Origin: Gemmatimonadales bacterium
GTDB lineage: Bacteria > Gemmatimonadota > Gemmatimonadetes > Gemmatimonadales > GWC2-71-9
DNA length: 15,508 nt
Direction of reading: 5' to 3'
NCBI GenBank assembly: GCA_037189525.1
Contig: JBBCJC010000007.1
Location: 1 to 15,508, forward strand
The notes under the pieces were generated by a model. That model saw nothing but the letters and a program-made list of their open reading frames with translations. It had not been told where the DNA came from and made no database searches. Shown here one piece after another: positions 1 to 8,509 of the stretch (its first letter is position 1; each line of letters begins with the position of its first letter). Both the position numbers and the translations under genes were made by a program.

Positions 1-228
1 GGCGATCTGCCCTTGAACGTGATCGCGGGACTCTTTTCTGAGCTAGGCCACTGCCGGGCTGCAGTCGCAGCGATGCTTAGCGACGGCCAAGTGCAGATAT
101 TTGGACCAGACGGAACTCCGATTCCCACTTGGAGGTACCGAGAGTTCGAACGCGAGACGCACTATTGGGAAAGCGGTACACCTTACCGGATGTCGATCAC
201 GGATCGCGGGGCAAAGCGTATCAGCTAG
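1..228 (+). CDS. Hypothetical cassette protein, 5'-truncated by window edge
   Basis: Frame open from base 1 (GDLPLNVIAGLFSELG...) to TAG at 226-228, upstream of attC1 and co-oriented with the other cassette genes. Confidence 0.65.
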   Translation, partial: GDLPLNVIAGLFSELGHCRAAVAAMLSDGQVQIFGPDGTPIPTWRYREFERETHYWESGTPYRMSITDRGAKRIS

Positions 229-353
229 GCGTATCTCTTCGTGGGCCTTAATCTGCCCTTGAACCGCTTTGCCCCTGGGCTGTTGGCTTGCCCGAGTGTC
301 CGGGCCGAATCTGGATTCGGAACAGAATCGGCAGTCATTGCTCCCCAGTTGCC

Positions 354-491
354 GTCTAACAGGGTGTTGCAGCGGGCAGGCGCGCGAGGTGCCGGTTTGC
401 GGCGTCGCGGCCGCGCCCCCATGTTGGTTAGAGGACGGCGCGGCCGCTCGGCTCCGTGGGCGCCTGCCGCTGAACACCAAAGTCGTTAGCC
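354..491 (+). repeat. attC site 1 (family A)
   Basis: GTCTAAC...GGTGTT-G-CAGCGG-G-CAGGCGC / GCGCCTG-CCGCTG-AACACC...GTTAGCC. Confidence 0.93.
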
Positions 492-508
492 GGCGTACCG
501 AGATTCCA

Positions 509-1036
509 ATGTCCCAAGATCTCCCGAGCAAAGCGAAGCGAGTGCGGTGGCGGCCTGGTCTTGTTGTCACCATCCCATTGAAGGACGGTAGCTGGGGAAT
601 CGGCCAAACTGGCGATCTCATGATGCCCAATGTCGGATACGTGGCCCTTTTCAACGAGCGACTTAACTCGCTCGCCTCAGTGGTCCCGATACTCACGCGT
701 AGAGCCCTGATTAGTTTGCTTGCCGTCACGCGCCACAGCGTTTCCACTGGGCGATGGCATGTGATCGACGAGGGTCACCCGCTCGTTCCGAAAACGGAGT
801 TTCCGAACGAGCAATTCGCCGCCACGGGGTACGTGGGCGCCAAGCTGTACGACTCCGAGCTAGTCGAGGACTTTCTCGACGCCTACTATGGATTGGCACC
901 TTGGAACGGCGACTTCCTCGAAGAGGACTATCTCGACCGGTTCCTTCTCCCGGGTCGGCCGCGCCCCCAAACCGCTATCCTACTTTCACCGGTAGAGCGA
1001 GCGGAGTACCGACATCGCCGCGGTTTGCCGCAATGA
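509..1036 (+). CDS. Putative immunity protein, Imm26-like (175 aa)
   Basis: First ATG after attC1; the longer ORF from 269 runs through the attC. N-terminal WRPGLVVTIPLKDGSWGIGQ resembles the Imm26 pattern G-x-V-x-x-IPL-x-DG-x3-G-Q. Confidence 0.6.
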   Translation: MSQDLPSKAKRVRWRPGLVVTIPLKDGSWGIGQTGDLMMPNVGYVALFNERLNSLASVVPILTRRALISLLAVTRHSVSTGRWHVIDEGHPLVPKTEFPNEQFAATGYVGAKLYDSELVEDFLDAYYGLAPWNGDFLEEDYLDRFLLPGRPRPQTAILLSPVERAEYRHRRGLPQ

Positions 1037-1055
1037 AGATCGCGTCTTGTACGCC

Positions 1056-1193
1056 GGCTAACAAGGTGTTGCAGCGGGCAGGCGCGCGAGGTGCCGGTTT
1101 GCGGAGTCGCGGCCGCGCCCCCATGTTGGTTAGAGGACGGCGCGGCCGCTCGGCTCCGTGAGCGCCTGCCGCTGAACACCCAAGTCGTTAGCC
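1056..1193 (+). repeat. attC site 2 (family A)
   Basis: GGCTAAC...GTTAGCC; same hairpin as attC1. Confidence 0.93.
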
Positions 1194-1206
1194 AGACTGA
1201 AATCCA

Positions 1207-1719
1207 ATGTTCTCATTCCGATGTTCTTGCTGCGGTGAGCTGCACGAAGGCGTCCCTTCCTTCGGATGGGACTACCCGATTCCGTACCTGGATGTGCCCG
1301 AGGCGGACAGGATCACGCGTTGCCACCTCACCTCCGACATTTGTGTGATCGACGGGCAGTTCTTCTTCGTTCGCGGATGCCTTGAGGTACCGGTGCTTGG
1401 GCAGAACGACCCGCTGTCCTGGGGAGTTTGGGCGTCTCTGAGTGAGCGGAACTTCGCGCATTTTCAGGAACTGTACGATGAACCGAAGCGCGCTCACCAT
1501 GGTCCGTTCTTCGGCTGGTTGAGTGCTCACATTTGGATCTATCCCGATACCGTGAACCTGAAAACAAAGGTTCACCTCCGTGACGATGGGATCCGGCCCT
1601 ACGTGGAGCTTGAACCCACTGATCACCCGCTCGCTGTCGAGCAGCATCAGGGCATCACTCCGGAACGAGTCGCGGAGATCTACGAGATGATAGTTCATGG
1701 TTCCAGCGCAGCTGGCTAA
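1207..1719 (+). CDS. DUF2199 domain-containing protein (170 aa)
   Basis: CSCCGELH N-terminus, FFVRGCLEVPV, WGVWASLSE, FFGWL and LEPTDHPL motifs typical of DUF2199. The stop TAA lies inside the attC3 TAAC core. Confidence 0.85.
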   Translation: MFSFRCSCCGELHEGVPSFGWDYPIPYLDVPEADRITRCHLTSDICVIDGQFFFVRGCLEVPVLGQNDPLSWGVWASLSERNFAHFQELYDEPKRAHHGPFFGWLSAHIWIYPDTVNLKTKVHLRDDGIRPYVELEPTDHPLAVEQHQGITPERVAEIYEMIVHGSSAAG

Positions 1720-1853
1720 CAAGGTGTTGCAGCGGGCAGGCGCGCGGAGTCCCGGTTTGCGGAGTCGCGGCCACGCCCCCATGTTGGTTGGAGGATGGCG
1801 CGGCCGCTCGGCTCCGTGAGCGCGCCTGCCGCTGAACACCAAGGTCGTTAGGC
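1714..1853 (+). repeat. attC site 3 (family A)
   Basis: GGCTAAC...GTTAGGC. Confidence 0.93.
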
Positions 1854-1884
1854 GTATCCCTGCCGACGTTGCCATGAGGATGCT

Positions 1885-2406
1885 ATGAGCAATGATTCGC
1901 CCCCTCCCGCGGCTGCTCCTTTAGAAGATCGGGTGGCCCTTTCGCTGGGGCGTATGGTCCTCCGGTTCTCCGTACTGGAATCTGTCACTCGCTATGCCTT
2001 GCTGCATGTATTAGATGTTGCCGACGACGATGAAACCCGCATTGAGGCGCTGCTTGCTACTCTTCCATTTAGACGCCTACGGGACGCACTCGCCGCGACC
2101 GTGCACGATATCTATGGAGACGGCGCAGAATGGTTGTCACTGCGCGAGCTTCTGGCGCGGATAGACGAGGTCGAGGCTCGTCGTAATGCCCTAGTGCATT
2201 CGGCCTGGATTCACAGTGATTTGCCGGCGAGAATTACAAGGGAGAAACTGGGGTTTAGCGGTGGTGGAAAGCGACGTACTGATCGCGAAACGTTCGATGA
2301 TGTCGTCACGCTCGATAAGTTTGTTGCCGATGTCAACGATTTGGGCGAAGCGATGATCAAATGGTACACAAGGAAGCTTCTTGAAGTGGCCCCGACATCC
2401 AAATAG
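1885..2406 (+). CDS. Hypothetical helical protein, possibly HEPN-like (173 aa)
   Basis: GAGGA RBS before ATG; fills the cassette; contains FSVLE and RNALVH (R-x4-H) motifs. Confidence 0.7.
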   Translation: MSNDSPPPAAAPLEDRVALSLGRMVLRFSVLESVTRYALLHVLDVADDDETRIEALLATLPFRRLRDALAATVHDIYGDGAEWLSLRELLARIDEVEARRNALVHSAWIHSDLPARITREKLGFSGGGKRRTDRETFDDVVTLDKFVADVNDLGEAMIKWYTRKLLEVAPTSK

Positions 2407-2437
2407 CTGTGAGGTCATCCTGTTTCCTCGCGCGAAC

Positions 2438-2577
2438 GCCTAACAAGGTGTTGCAGCGGGCAGGCGCGCGGGGTACCGGTTTGCGGAGTCGCGGCCGCGC
2501 CCCCATGTTGGTTGAAGGACAGCGCGACCGCTCGGCTCCGTGAGTGCGCCTGCCGCTGAACACCAAAGTCGTTAGGT
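2438..2577 (+). repeat. attC site 4 (family A)
   Basis: GCCTAAC...GTTAGGT. Confidence 0.93.
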
Positions 2578-2600
2578 AGCTGCAAGCATCGGAGGATCAG

Positions 2601-3173
2601 TTGCTTCCCTGGCGCACGGTTGGCCTCATCCTTCTAGCTTTTCCGGTGCTGGGCTGTGTCCGTAAAACACATACGGCCGGGGAGCCAACTTGTTCCCTAT
2701 CCTGGCAACCTCAATGGAGTCTCGACTCCTCCTTAGCCGTGTGTGTGCCGCCGGGGTTCGTATCGGATCGGGCGGCGAGACCAGACGAGATTACCATCAA
2801 ACGGTACCATCCGTCGAACAGCGCCTTGACATCCGATCTCCTCACCATCGCACTGATCCCATGGTCTGCGGATTCCGCATCCATCGACTGGCCACCGACG
2901 CTCGTGTCTGGCCCGACTTGCTTGCTCCACTGTATGACGGTGGACTCGCTTATAAGCCATCAGGATACGGTTGGCGGGATTGTCGTTTCTACGGAAGTTG
3001 GCCTTATGAGTGGCGGAATGATGGGCTGGCAACGCAAGCCTGGTATAAAGGCGGGGTGGATACTGTCGGCCTATCGCCGCGGTTGGGGGCAGGGATTCGC
3101 GGAGAACAGCAGTACGCTCGATACCCTTCGCCATGTCATCGGGAGTAGTGTAGTCGCTTCGGTCATCCCGTGA
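2601..3173 (+). CDS. Putative lipoprotein of unknown function (190 aa)
   Basis: GGAGG RBS before TTG; hydrophobic N-terminus ending VLGC (lipobox-like); ends just before attC5. Confidence 0.7.
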   Translation: MLPWRTVGLILLAFPVLGCVRKTHTAGEPTCSLSWQPQWSLDSSLAVCVPPGFVSDRAARPDEITIKRYHPSNSALTSDLLTIALIPWSADSASIDWPPTLVSGPTCLLHCMTVDSLISHQDTVGGIVVSTEVGLMSGGMMGWQRKPGIKAGWILSAYRRGWGQGFAENSSTLDTLRHVIGSSVVASVIP

Positions 3174-3179
3174 CCAGCT

Positions 3180-3315
3180 ACCTAACAAGGGTTTGCAGCG
3201 GGCGGCCGGGCGGGGTTTCTCTTCCGAAGTCGCGGCCACGCCCCCATGTTAGTTGGAGGATGGCGTGGCCGCTCAGCTCCGTGCCGGCCGCCGCTGAAAC
3301 CCAAAGTCGTTAGGC
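3180..3315 (+). repeat. attC site 5 (family B)
   Basis: ACCTAAC...GGGTTT-G-CAGCGG / CCGCTG-AAACCC...GTTAGGC. Confidence 0.93.
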
Positions 3316-3646
3316 GGCTTGGCTGAGAAATTTTTTGGTGGTGGTTGTGTGCGTGGCGCTCCGGTGCGCGTGTTCGACCGGGATCGCTGCTTCCCGGGGC
3401 GGCGCGCATCGGCCGTCGCCCTGCCTCGCGGGGCCGCTTGCGGTACGGATGGGCTACACAGCGGACGACGCGCGCCGGCGCGCCGTGTCGGGTTGCGTTC
3501 CGTGCGCGCGCTCGCCGCTGCGGCCCCGTCCAGGCGGGGGTCAAGGTCCGCGGCCCCGCCGCAGACGTCGGGGTCGCCGCGCCACCTCGGCGGGATTTCC
3601 AGTGCCGCTGGCGCACCAGGGCGGTGGTGTGCGCAGCGGGCACGCC
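3316..3646 (+). ncRNA. Gene-less cassette body, copy 1; candidate structured non-coding RNA or regulatory element
   Basis: Homologous to 4608-4941, 5798-6129 and 9762-10094. No clear RBS or conserved frame; invariant motifs and hairpins. The RNA role is inferred. Confidence 0.45.
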
Positions 3647-3791
3647 CCCTAACAGGCGGTTGGAGACTGACGGCCGCGTGTGGGTCGCGAGGCCCATGCC
3701 TCGCGCGCCGCCCAAGGCGGCGGTACTTTCACCGCCAGGTGGGGCGGCGCGCCTCCACTGCGGCCGCAGCTCAACCGCTAAGTCGTTAGGC
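3647..3791 (+). repeat. attC site 6 (family C)
   Basis: CCCTAAC..GCGGTTG-G-AG-A-CTG-A-CGGCCGC / GCGGCCG-CAG-CT-CAACCGC..GTTAGGC. Confidence 0.9.
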
Positions 3792-3819
3792 TGCACTCAG
3801 AACCATGGTGAATGCGTAA

Positions 3820-4455
3820 ATGATCTCGCTTCTGCTCCTTGCCGTTGGTCTCCAGAGTGCCCCGCAGGATACGACGCAGTCCGTCTTCACGCGGCTCGTG
3901 TTCAGGCGATTTGAGCAGTTGGCGCAAGACTCGGCGGTTCGCCGCGCTACAGGTGCCATCAATGGGCTCACTCTGGCCCAAAAGGTCCTCACCTCTGCCC
4001 CGCGCACCTATAGTGACCCGGCAAATGCTCGCTTGATCCAAGCTCTAGCAGCAACGGTGTCCAACGCCTCGGAACCCGTATGCAGCAGGATGCTACACAC
4101 GCCACTGGATGCTGCCCAGTTTACCGCACTTGCGGCGCCGCTCGATTCCACCGGCGTCGTACCGTGGGTGGAGGTGTTTGCTGACATGGTCTGGGCTATA
4201 GTCAGGCCAGCCCCCACGGGCCGCATCGCCACGTTAGCCGAGTGGCGAGCAAGCCTTGTGCGGATGGAGGCCGAGGCGACTCCTCGTGTAAGGGCCGCGT
4301 TGAGTCGCGTACGGCGTGGTGGCGAAGCGGCACGGGATCGGTGCACCGTCGTTCGGGCTGGACTTCTATGGCTCGCGAATATGCCTGCACAAGAGAGCGG
4401 GCCGTTCATGAGGCTGCTCTTCGACTCCGATGTTCCGTTTAACCCGGCGGCTTGA
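3820..4455 (+). CDS. Hypothetical secreted protein (211 aa)
   Basis: Fills the cassette between attC6 and attC7; N-terminal hydrophobic signal-like segment MISLLLLAVGLQSA. Confidence 0.7.
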   Translation: MISLLLLAVGLQSAPQDTTQSVFTRLVFRRFEQLAQDSAVRRATGAINGLTLAQKVLTSAPRTYSDPANARLIQALAATVSNASEPVCSRMLHTPLDAAQFTALAAPLDSTGVVPWVEVFADMVWAIVRPAPTGRIATLAEWRASLVRMEAEATPRVRAALSRVRRGGEAARDRCTVVRAGLLWLANMPAQESGPFMRLLFDSDVPFNPAA

Positions 4456-4467
4456 GAGCGCTGTGCA

Positions 4468-4607
4468 GCCTAACAGGGTGTTGCAGCGGGCAGGCGCACG
4501 GAGTACCGGTTTGCGCAGTCGCGGCCGCGCCCCCATGTTGATTGGAGGATGGCGCGGCCGCTCGGCTCCGTGCGCGCGCCTGCCGCTGAACACCAAAGTC
4601 GTTAGGT
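4468..4607 (+). repeat. attC site 7 (family A)
   Basis: GCCTAAC...GTTAGGT. Confidence 0.93.
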
Positions 4608-4941
4608 GCTTAGGCCGAAAACACTTTGTAGTGGTTGTGGTGGTGTTGGGGTTTTCGGTGCATCGTTCGGCCGTTCCTGCTGCGTCTTCGAACGGGCGCG
4701 CAGCGACAGGTGTCCAGGTGAGCGGGGCCGCCGCGACGGGGGGCGGGCTACACAGCGGTCGAGCCGCCCGTTGCTCTGTGGTCCTGTTCGGTTCCGCACG
4801 GCGGCTCGCCGCTGCGGCCCCGCGGACTGCCACGGTCGGGTGCGGCAGCCCCGCCGCTGGGGCCCGGGCTTGGCGCGCCCGTCCGGCGGGGTGTCCGGTG
4901 CCGCTGGCGCACCAGAGATGAGTTTTGCGCAGCAAGCACGC
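4608..4941 (+). ncRNA. Gene-less cassette body, copy 2 (most diverged); candidate structured non-coding RNA or regulatory element
   Basis: Retains GGGCTACACAGC (4745), CTGCGGCCCCG (4812) and GCCGCTGGCGCACCAG (4900) at offsets matching the other copies. Confidence 0.45.
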
Positions 4942-5083
4942 ACCTAACAAGCAATTGGAGACTGACGGCCGCGGGTCCGGAGCCAGCTTCTTGCCTCGCG
5001 CGCCGGTAAGATCAGCGGTACCTTCGGAGGTCCGCGTGGGCGCGCCTCCACCGCGGCCGCAGCTCAATCGCAAGGCGTTAGGC
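4942..5083 (+). repeat. attC site 8 (family C, diverged)
   Basis: ACCTAAC..GCAATTGGAGACTGACGGCCGCG / CGCGGCCGCAGCTCAATCGC..GTTAGGC. Confidence 0.88.
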
Positions 5084-5099
5084 GGAAGCGAGCATCACG

Positions 5100-5642
5100 A
5101 TGCATCTGCGATTGATCGCAAGGATCTTCGGCAGTGGTGTACTCGTAGGCATGTGTACGGCATGTGCCGGGCAAACACTCGTGATCTCGATTCCACCGCC
5201 AAAGTGCGAGCAAATTGAAACCGTCGTTCACTGTAACCCTTCGACCCAACTTCGTTGGCGGCGGAACAACACCATGCCGTCGTACAACCAAGTCCTGCAA
5301 CAGGCCGACATCTGGGGTCGAGCAACGGTCCATGTTCAGGTTCGCCCCGCCGGCGTTGTTGACAGCGTTGCCGTCTGGCATGCGTCGCATGTCGCTCTTG
5401 TTGCACCAATTGCGGCGGCGGTTCAGACTTGGCTGTTCGAGCCGTTTTCCGCCGACAGTAGTGAAGCATCGCTACAGAGAGGTCTTACCGTTGAGTTCGT
5501 ATATCGTGTTTACGGCTGCCGCACCCATGAATCCAAGGTTGTCGTACGAGCTCGACCGGCTTCCCTCCTTATTGAGGAGGATCTCTGTAGTACGGTAAGG
5601 GTGATTCGAGACCCGGCCCCTGTTGTGCGTGAGCAACCTTGA
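5100..5642 (+). CDS. Exported protein with TonB C-terminal-like domain (180 aa)
   Basis: N-terminal hydrophobic segment with CTAC. PSYNQVLQQADIWGRATVHVQVRPAGVVDSV...AAAVQTWLFEP resembles the TonB_C pattern P-x-Y...G-x-V-x-V-x-V...W-x-F-x-P. Confidence 0.65.
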   Translation: MHLRLIARIFGSGVLVGMCTACAGQTLVISIPPPKCEQIETVVHCNPSTQLRWRRNNTMPSYNQVLQQADIWGRATVHVQVRPAGVVDSVAVWHASHVALVAPIAAAVQTWLFEPFSADSSEASLQRGLTVEFVYRVYGCRTHESKVVVRARPASLLIEEDLCSTVRVIRDPAPVVREQP

Positions 5643-5662
5643 GCTGCGAGTGGTTCAGTTCC

Positions 5663-5797
5663 GCCTAACAGGGGTTTGCAGCGGGCGGCCGGGCGGGTTC
5701 CTCTTCCGGAGTCGCGGCCGCGCCCCCATGTTGGTGGGAGGATGGCGCGGCCGCTCGGCTCCGTGCCGGCCGCCGCTGAAACCCAGAGTCGTTAGGC
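5663..5797 (+). repeat. attC site 9 (family B)
   Basis: GCCTAAC...GTTAGGC. Confidence 0.93.
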
Positions 5798-6129
5798 GGC
5801 TTGGTTGAGAGAATTTTATGGTGGTGTGGTGGGTGGTGGGGCGCCGGTCCGCGTGTTCGGCCGCGATCCCTGCTCCCCGGTGTGGCGCGCATCGGCCGTC
5901 GTCGGGGTTCGCGGGGCCGCTTGCGGTAAGGCCGGGCTACACAGCGGACGACGCGCTCCGGTCCTCCTCGTGCGGCGGGGCCCCGCTGGCGCGCTCGCCG
6001 CTGCGGCCCCGTCCAAGCGGAGGTCCAGGTCCGCGGCCCCGCCGCGGCGTTCCGGGTCGCCGCGCCACCCCGGCAGGCGCCGGTGTGCCGCTGGCGCACC
6101 AGAACGGTGGTGTGCGCAGCGGGGACGCC
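5798..6129 (+). ncRNA. Gene-less cassette body, copy 3; candidate structured non-coding RNA or regulatory element
   Basis: Closely similar to copy 1; invariant motifs at 5934, 6001 and 6087. Confidence 0.45.
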
Positions 6130-6274
6130 CCCTAACAGGCGGTTGGAGACTGACGGCCGCGTGTGGGTCGCGAGGCCCATGCCTCGCGCGCCGCCAAAGG
6201 CGGCGGTACCTTCACCGCGTAGTGGGGCGGCGCGCCTCCACTGCGGCCGCAGCTCAACCGCTAAGTCGTTAGGT
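6130..6274 (+). repeat. attC site 10 (family C)
   Basis: CCCTAAC...GTTAGGT; near-identical to attC6 and attC15. Confidence 0.9.
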
Positions 6275-6293
6275 GGCCAGGAGAGTCTGTCGA

Positions 6294-7230
6294 TTGACCA
6301 AAATCACCGAAGGTGTAAGCCGATTTATTGAGCAGTTCGGACTCGGAGCGACCCTTTCGTTCGGGGATCAGTTCGCTGGCCTCGAAGACCTCATGATCAT
6401 TACGAACGGCGGGCTGCCCATTGCGATCCCCTTCAATTCGGATCCCGATGATGTGGCCAACGCTCAGGCCGTCGCTGTGGCCAGGCAGTTGGGGCTCCGG
6501 TCCGTCGACTATGCACGGCGCGCCTACATCGATCGTAGTCCGAGGGAGCAAACCCAACTAACAGGAGCCTATGCGTATCTAGTTGAGGCGTCATCCCGAG
6601 CAAAGACTCTCGTAAAAGATAAAGCAAGGAGCTACTACTCGATTCGAGACAAGCCAGACCATGCTGGTGTCTTTGCTGCCGGGTGCGCCCTATTACGTCT
6701 TGTAATGACCTTTCGAACAGCTGTGTACTCGCTCAGACAGGGAATGCACTTTGAGTTCGGCCTTCTCGGGCGCCTAATTCTGGAACAAGTGGCATGGGCG
6801 TACGCTGTACACTCGCTGGAGGACGATACAATTCTCCAACTTCAGCCTCAAAAGCAGATTGGTGCCCTGAAAGAGATCTTTCCAGACATCGGTGCGTTCT
6901 ACGGCTCGCTGAGCAAGCAAGCGCATATCGCTCCACAGGCCGCGCTCAGATACCTTGATTTTACAGCACCCTCAGACCCCCGCGGTCCGCTTCACTATGT
7001 ACGAGTATGGCGGTATAGACTTAGTGTCGCTTACTCGACTTGTCGATATCTATTGCGTTGCTGTTGACATCGTCGCAGCTTCATACAAGCGCCAATGGGC
7101 CTCAGTGCGAAAACAAAAAGATGCCGGATATCGCGTGCTTAAAGGCCGCCCATCTGCGCTATTTGCAGCGCGCATACGCAAAGGAGTCCAAAGGTTCACC
7201 GGACCCGCAGATCGTGGCGGGGCCACCTAA
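6294..7230 (+). pseudogene. Frameshifted gene (or sequencing error), DUF5677/HEPN-like hypothetical protein, about 311 aa if repaired
   Basis: AGGAG before TTG at 6294. ORFs 6273-7067 and 6955-7230 fuse if one C is removed from the C5 run at 6977-6981, and the fused ORF stops in the attC11 TAAC. Motifs RLILEQ and YGSLSKQAH. Confidence 0.65.
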
Positions 7231-7364
7231 CAAGGTGTTGCAGCGGGCAGGCGCGCGGGGCGCCGGTTTGCGGAGTCGCGGCCGCGCCCCCATGTTGGTT
7301 GGAGGATGGCGCGGCCGCTCGGCTCCGTGAGTGCGCCTGCCGCTGAACACCAAAGTCGTTAGGC
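7225..7364 (+). repeat. attC site 11 (family A)
   Basis: ACCTAAC...GTTAGGC. Confidence 0.93.
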
Positions 7365-7398
7365 GTCACCGCCACCATCGGGATCTGGGGAGGTTACT

Positions 7399-8358
7399 CT
7401 GCCGCGAACATCGGTTCTCGTAATTCTCCTCACGTTTGGTATCGCTTCCATGACGGACGCGCAGCGCCGCACGACGTGGGTTGCCCGGCTCGACAACGAC
7501 TACTTTGCGGTGTGGCAACCCGTCAACGCACGTCCCGATCACAACTATACCCAAGGACTCAACCTCGCCGTCTTCTGGCCCTCCAGTTCTCCGTTGGGGA
7601 ACCTCCTTGCAAACTGTAGTGCCTGTCAGCTGTTGGGTACGATCGCGTTCGGTCAAGAGATCTACACGCCGGAGATCGATGCGCAGGCTCCGCAACCCGG
7701 TCAACGGCCATACGCTGGGTGGCTCGCCGCGGCGATCGGCCTCGCTCGGGTCGGGCCAGGGCACATTACAGCCGCACGAGTGGTCCTTGGCGTAACCGGT
7801 CCGCCGTCGCTGGCTGAGGCTGCCCAGGTCGGCGCCCATCGCTTGCTCGGATATCGCGAACCGCTCGGATGGGCTTATCAGCTGCCAGCCGAATTGGGGA
7901 GCTACGCCGAATACGAGTTCGCCAAACAAGTAGCCCAAGCGTCGATCGGATCACTCGGACTGCAGTTGGCTGGTGGGGGAGCGGCGCGTGTAGGTACGGT
8001 CCATGTCGATGGCCGCGCGACTGCCCGGGTCGCCGTGGGGGTCCATCCAACGACGGATGGCCGGACCGTTCTTGGCCCAGCCTCCGGCAGCGGCAGCCTC
8101 TTTGTCTGGGTGGCGGGTCACGTCGACGGGGTTCTTCGAAACGAGTTCCTACAGGGCACGACGTTTCGTTCCTCGGCAGGGGTTTCGATTCGCCATCTGG
8201 TGCCGGAGGTCGAGCTGGGGGTCTCGGCCCGCCTGGGTGAGGTGCGTGTCTCGGGTGCCTATCTTCGCCGTGGACGGGAGTATCCGGCGCAGATGGCTCC
8301 CCATGGATATGTGCGTCTCACGGCCGCCCTCCTGGGGATCGGCCGAGGTGGCGCCTAA
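7399..8358 (+). CDS. Lipid A deacylase LpxR-family (DUF2219) outer-membrane protein; probable CTG start at 7399 (first ATG at 7450)
   Basis: Motifs LDNDYF, DHNYTQG, GQEIYTP, RPYAGWL and GVTGPPS characteristic of LpxR/DUF2219. The in-frame extension to CTG 7399 behind GGGGAGGT supplies a signal peptide. Stop lies in the attC12 TAAC. Confidence 0.85.
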   Translation: MPRTSVLVILLTFGIASMTDAQRRTTWVARLDNDYFAVWQPVNARPDHNYTQGLNLAVFWPSSSPLGNLLANCSACQLLGTIAFGQEIYTPEIDAQAPQPGQRPYAGWLAAAIGLARVGPGHITAARVVLGVTGPPSLAEAAQVGAHRLLGYREPLGWAYQLPAELGSYAEYEFAKQVAQASIGSLGLQLAGGGAARVGTVHVDGRATARVAVGVHPTTDGRTVLGPASGSGSLFVWVAGHVDGVLRNEFLQGTTFRSSAGVSIRHLVPEVELGVSARLGEVRVSGAYLRRGREYPAQMAPHGYVRLTAALLGIGRGGA

Positions 8359-8492
8359 CAAGGTGTTGCAGCGGGCAGGCGCGCGGGGCTCCGGTTTGCG
8401 GAGTCGCGGCCGCGCCCCCATGTTGGTTGGAGGATGGCGCGGCCGCTCGGCTGCGTGCGCGCGCCTGCCGCTGAACACCAAAGTCGTTAGAC
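8353..8492 (+). repeat. attC site 12 (family A)
   Basis: GCCTAAC...GTTAGAC. Confidence 0.93.
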
Positions 8493-8509
8493 AGCAACAA
8501 GAAGGTCCG

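Noticed and set aside
3371..3462. tRNA-like fragments (GTTCGA on +, TGTAGCCC on -)
   Set aside because: They are on opposite strands, GTTCGA is not conserved across copies, and no cloverleaf can be built.
3604..3619. Minus-strand GTGCGCC resembling a group II (IIC-attC) intron 5' end
   Set aside because: No domain V/VI motif or RT ORF seen, and it is not inserted within an attC.
5813..5818. Minus-strand TAAAAT -10-like box in gene-less copies 3 and 4
   Set aside because: No -35 element and not conserved in copies 1 and 2; promoter activity remains testable but unsupported.
3335..6135. Two similar 105-aa ORFs (3335-3652, 5818-6135) ending at the attC TAA in gene-less cassettes
   Set aside because: The frame is not kept in copies 2 and 4, there is no RBS, and the Arg/Pro/Gly/Ala-rich composition is typical of GC-rich non-coding DNA. 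It cannot be fully excluded without RNAcode or proteomics.
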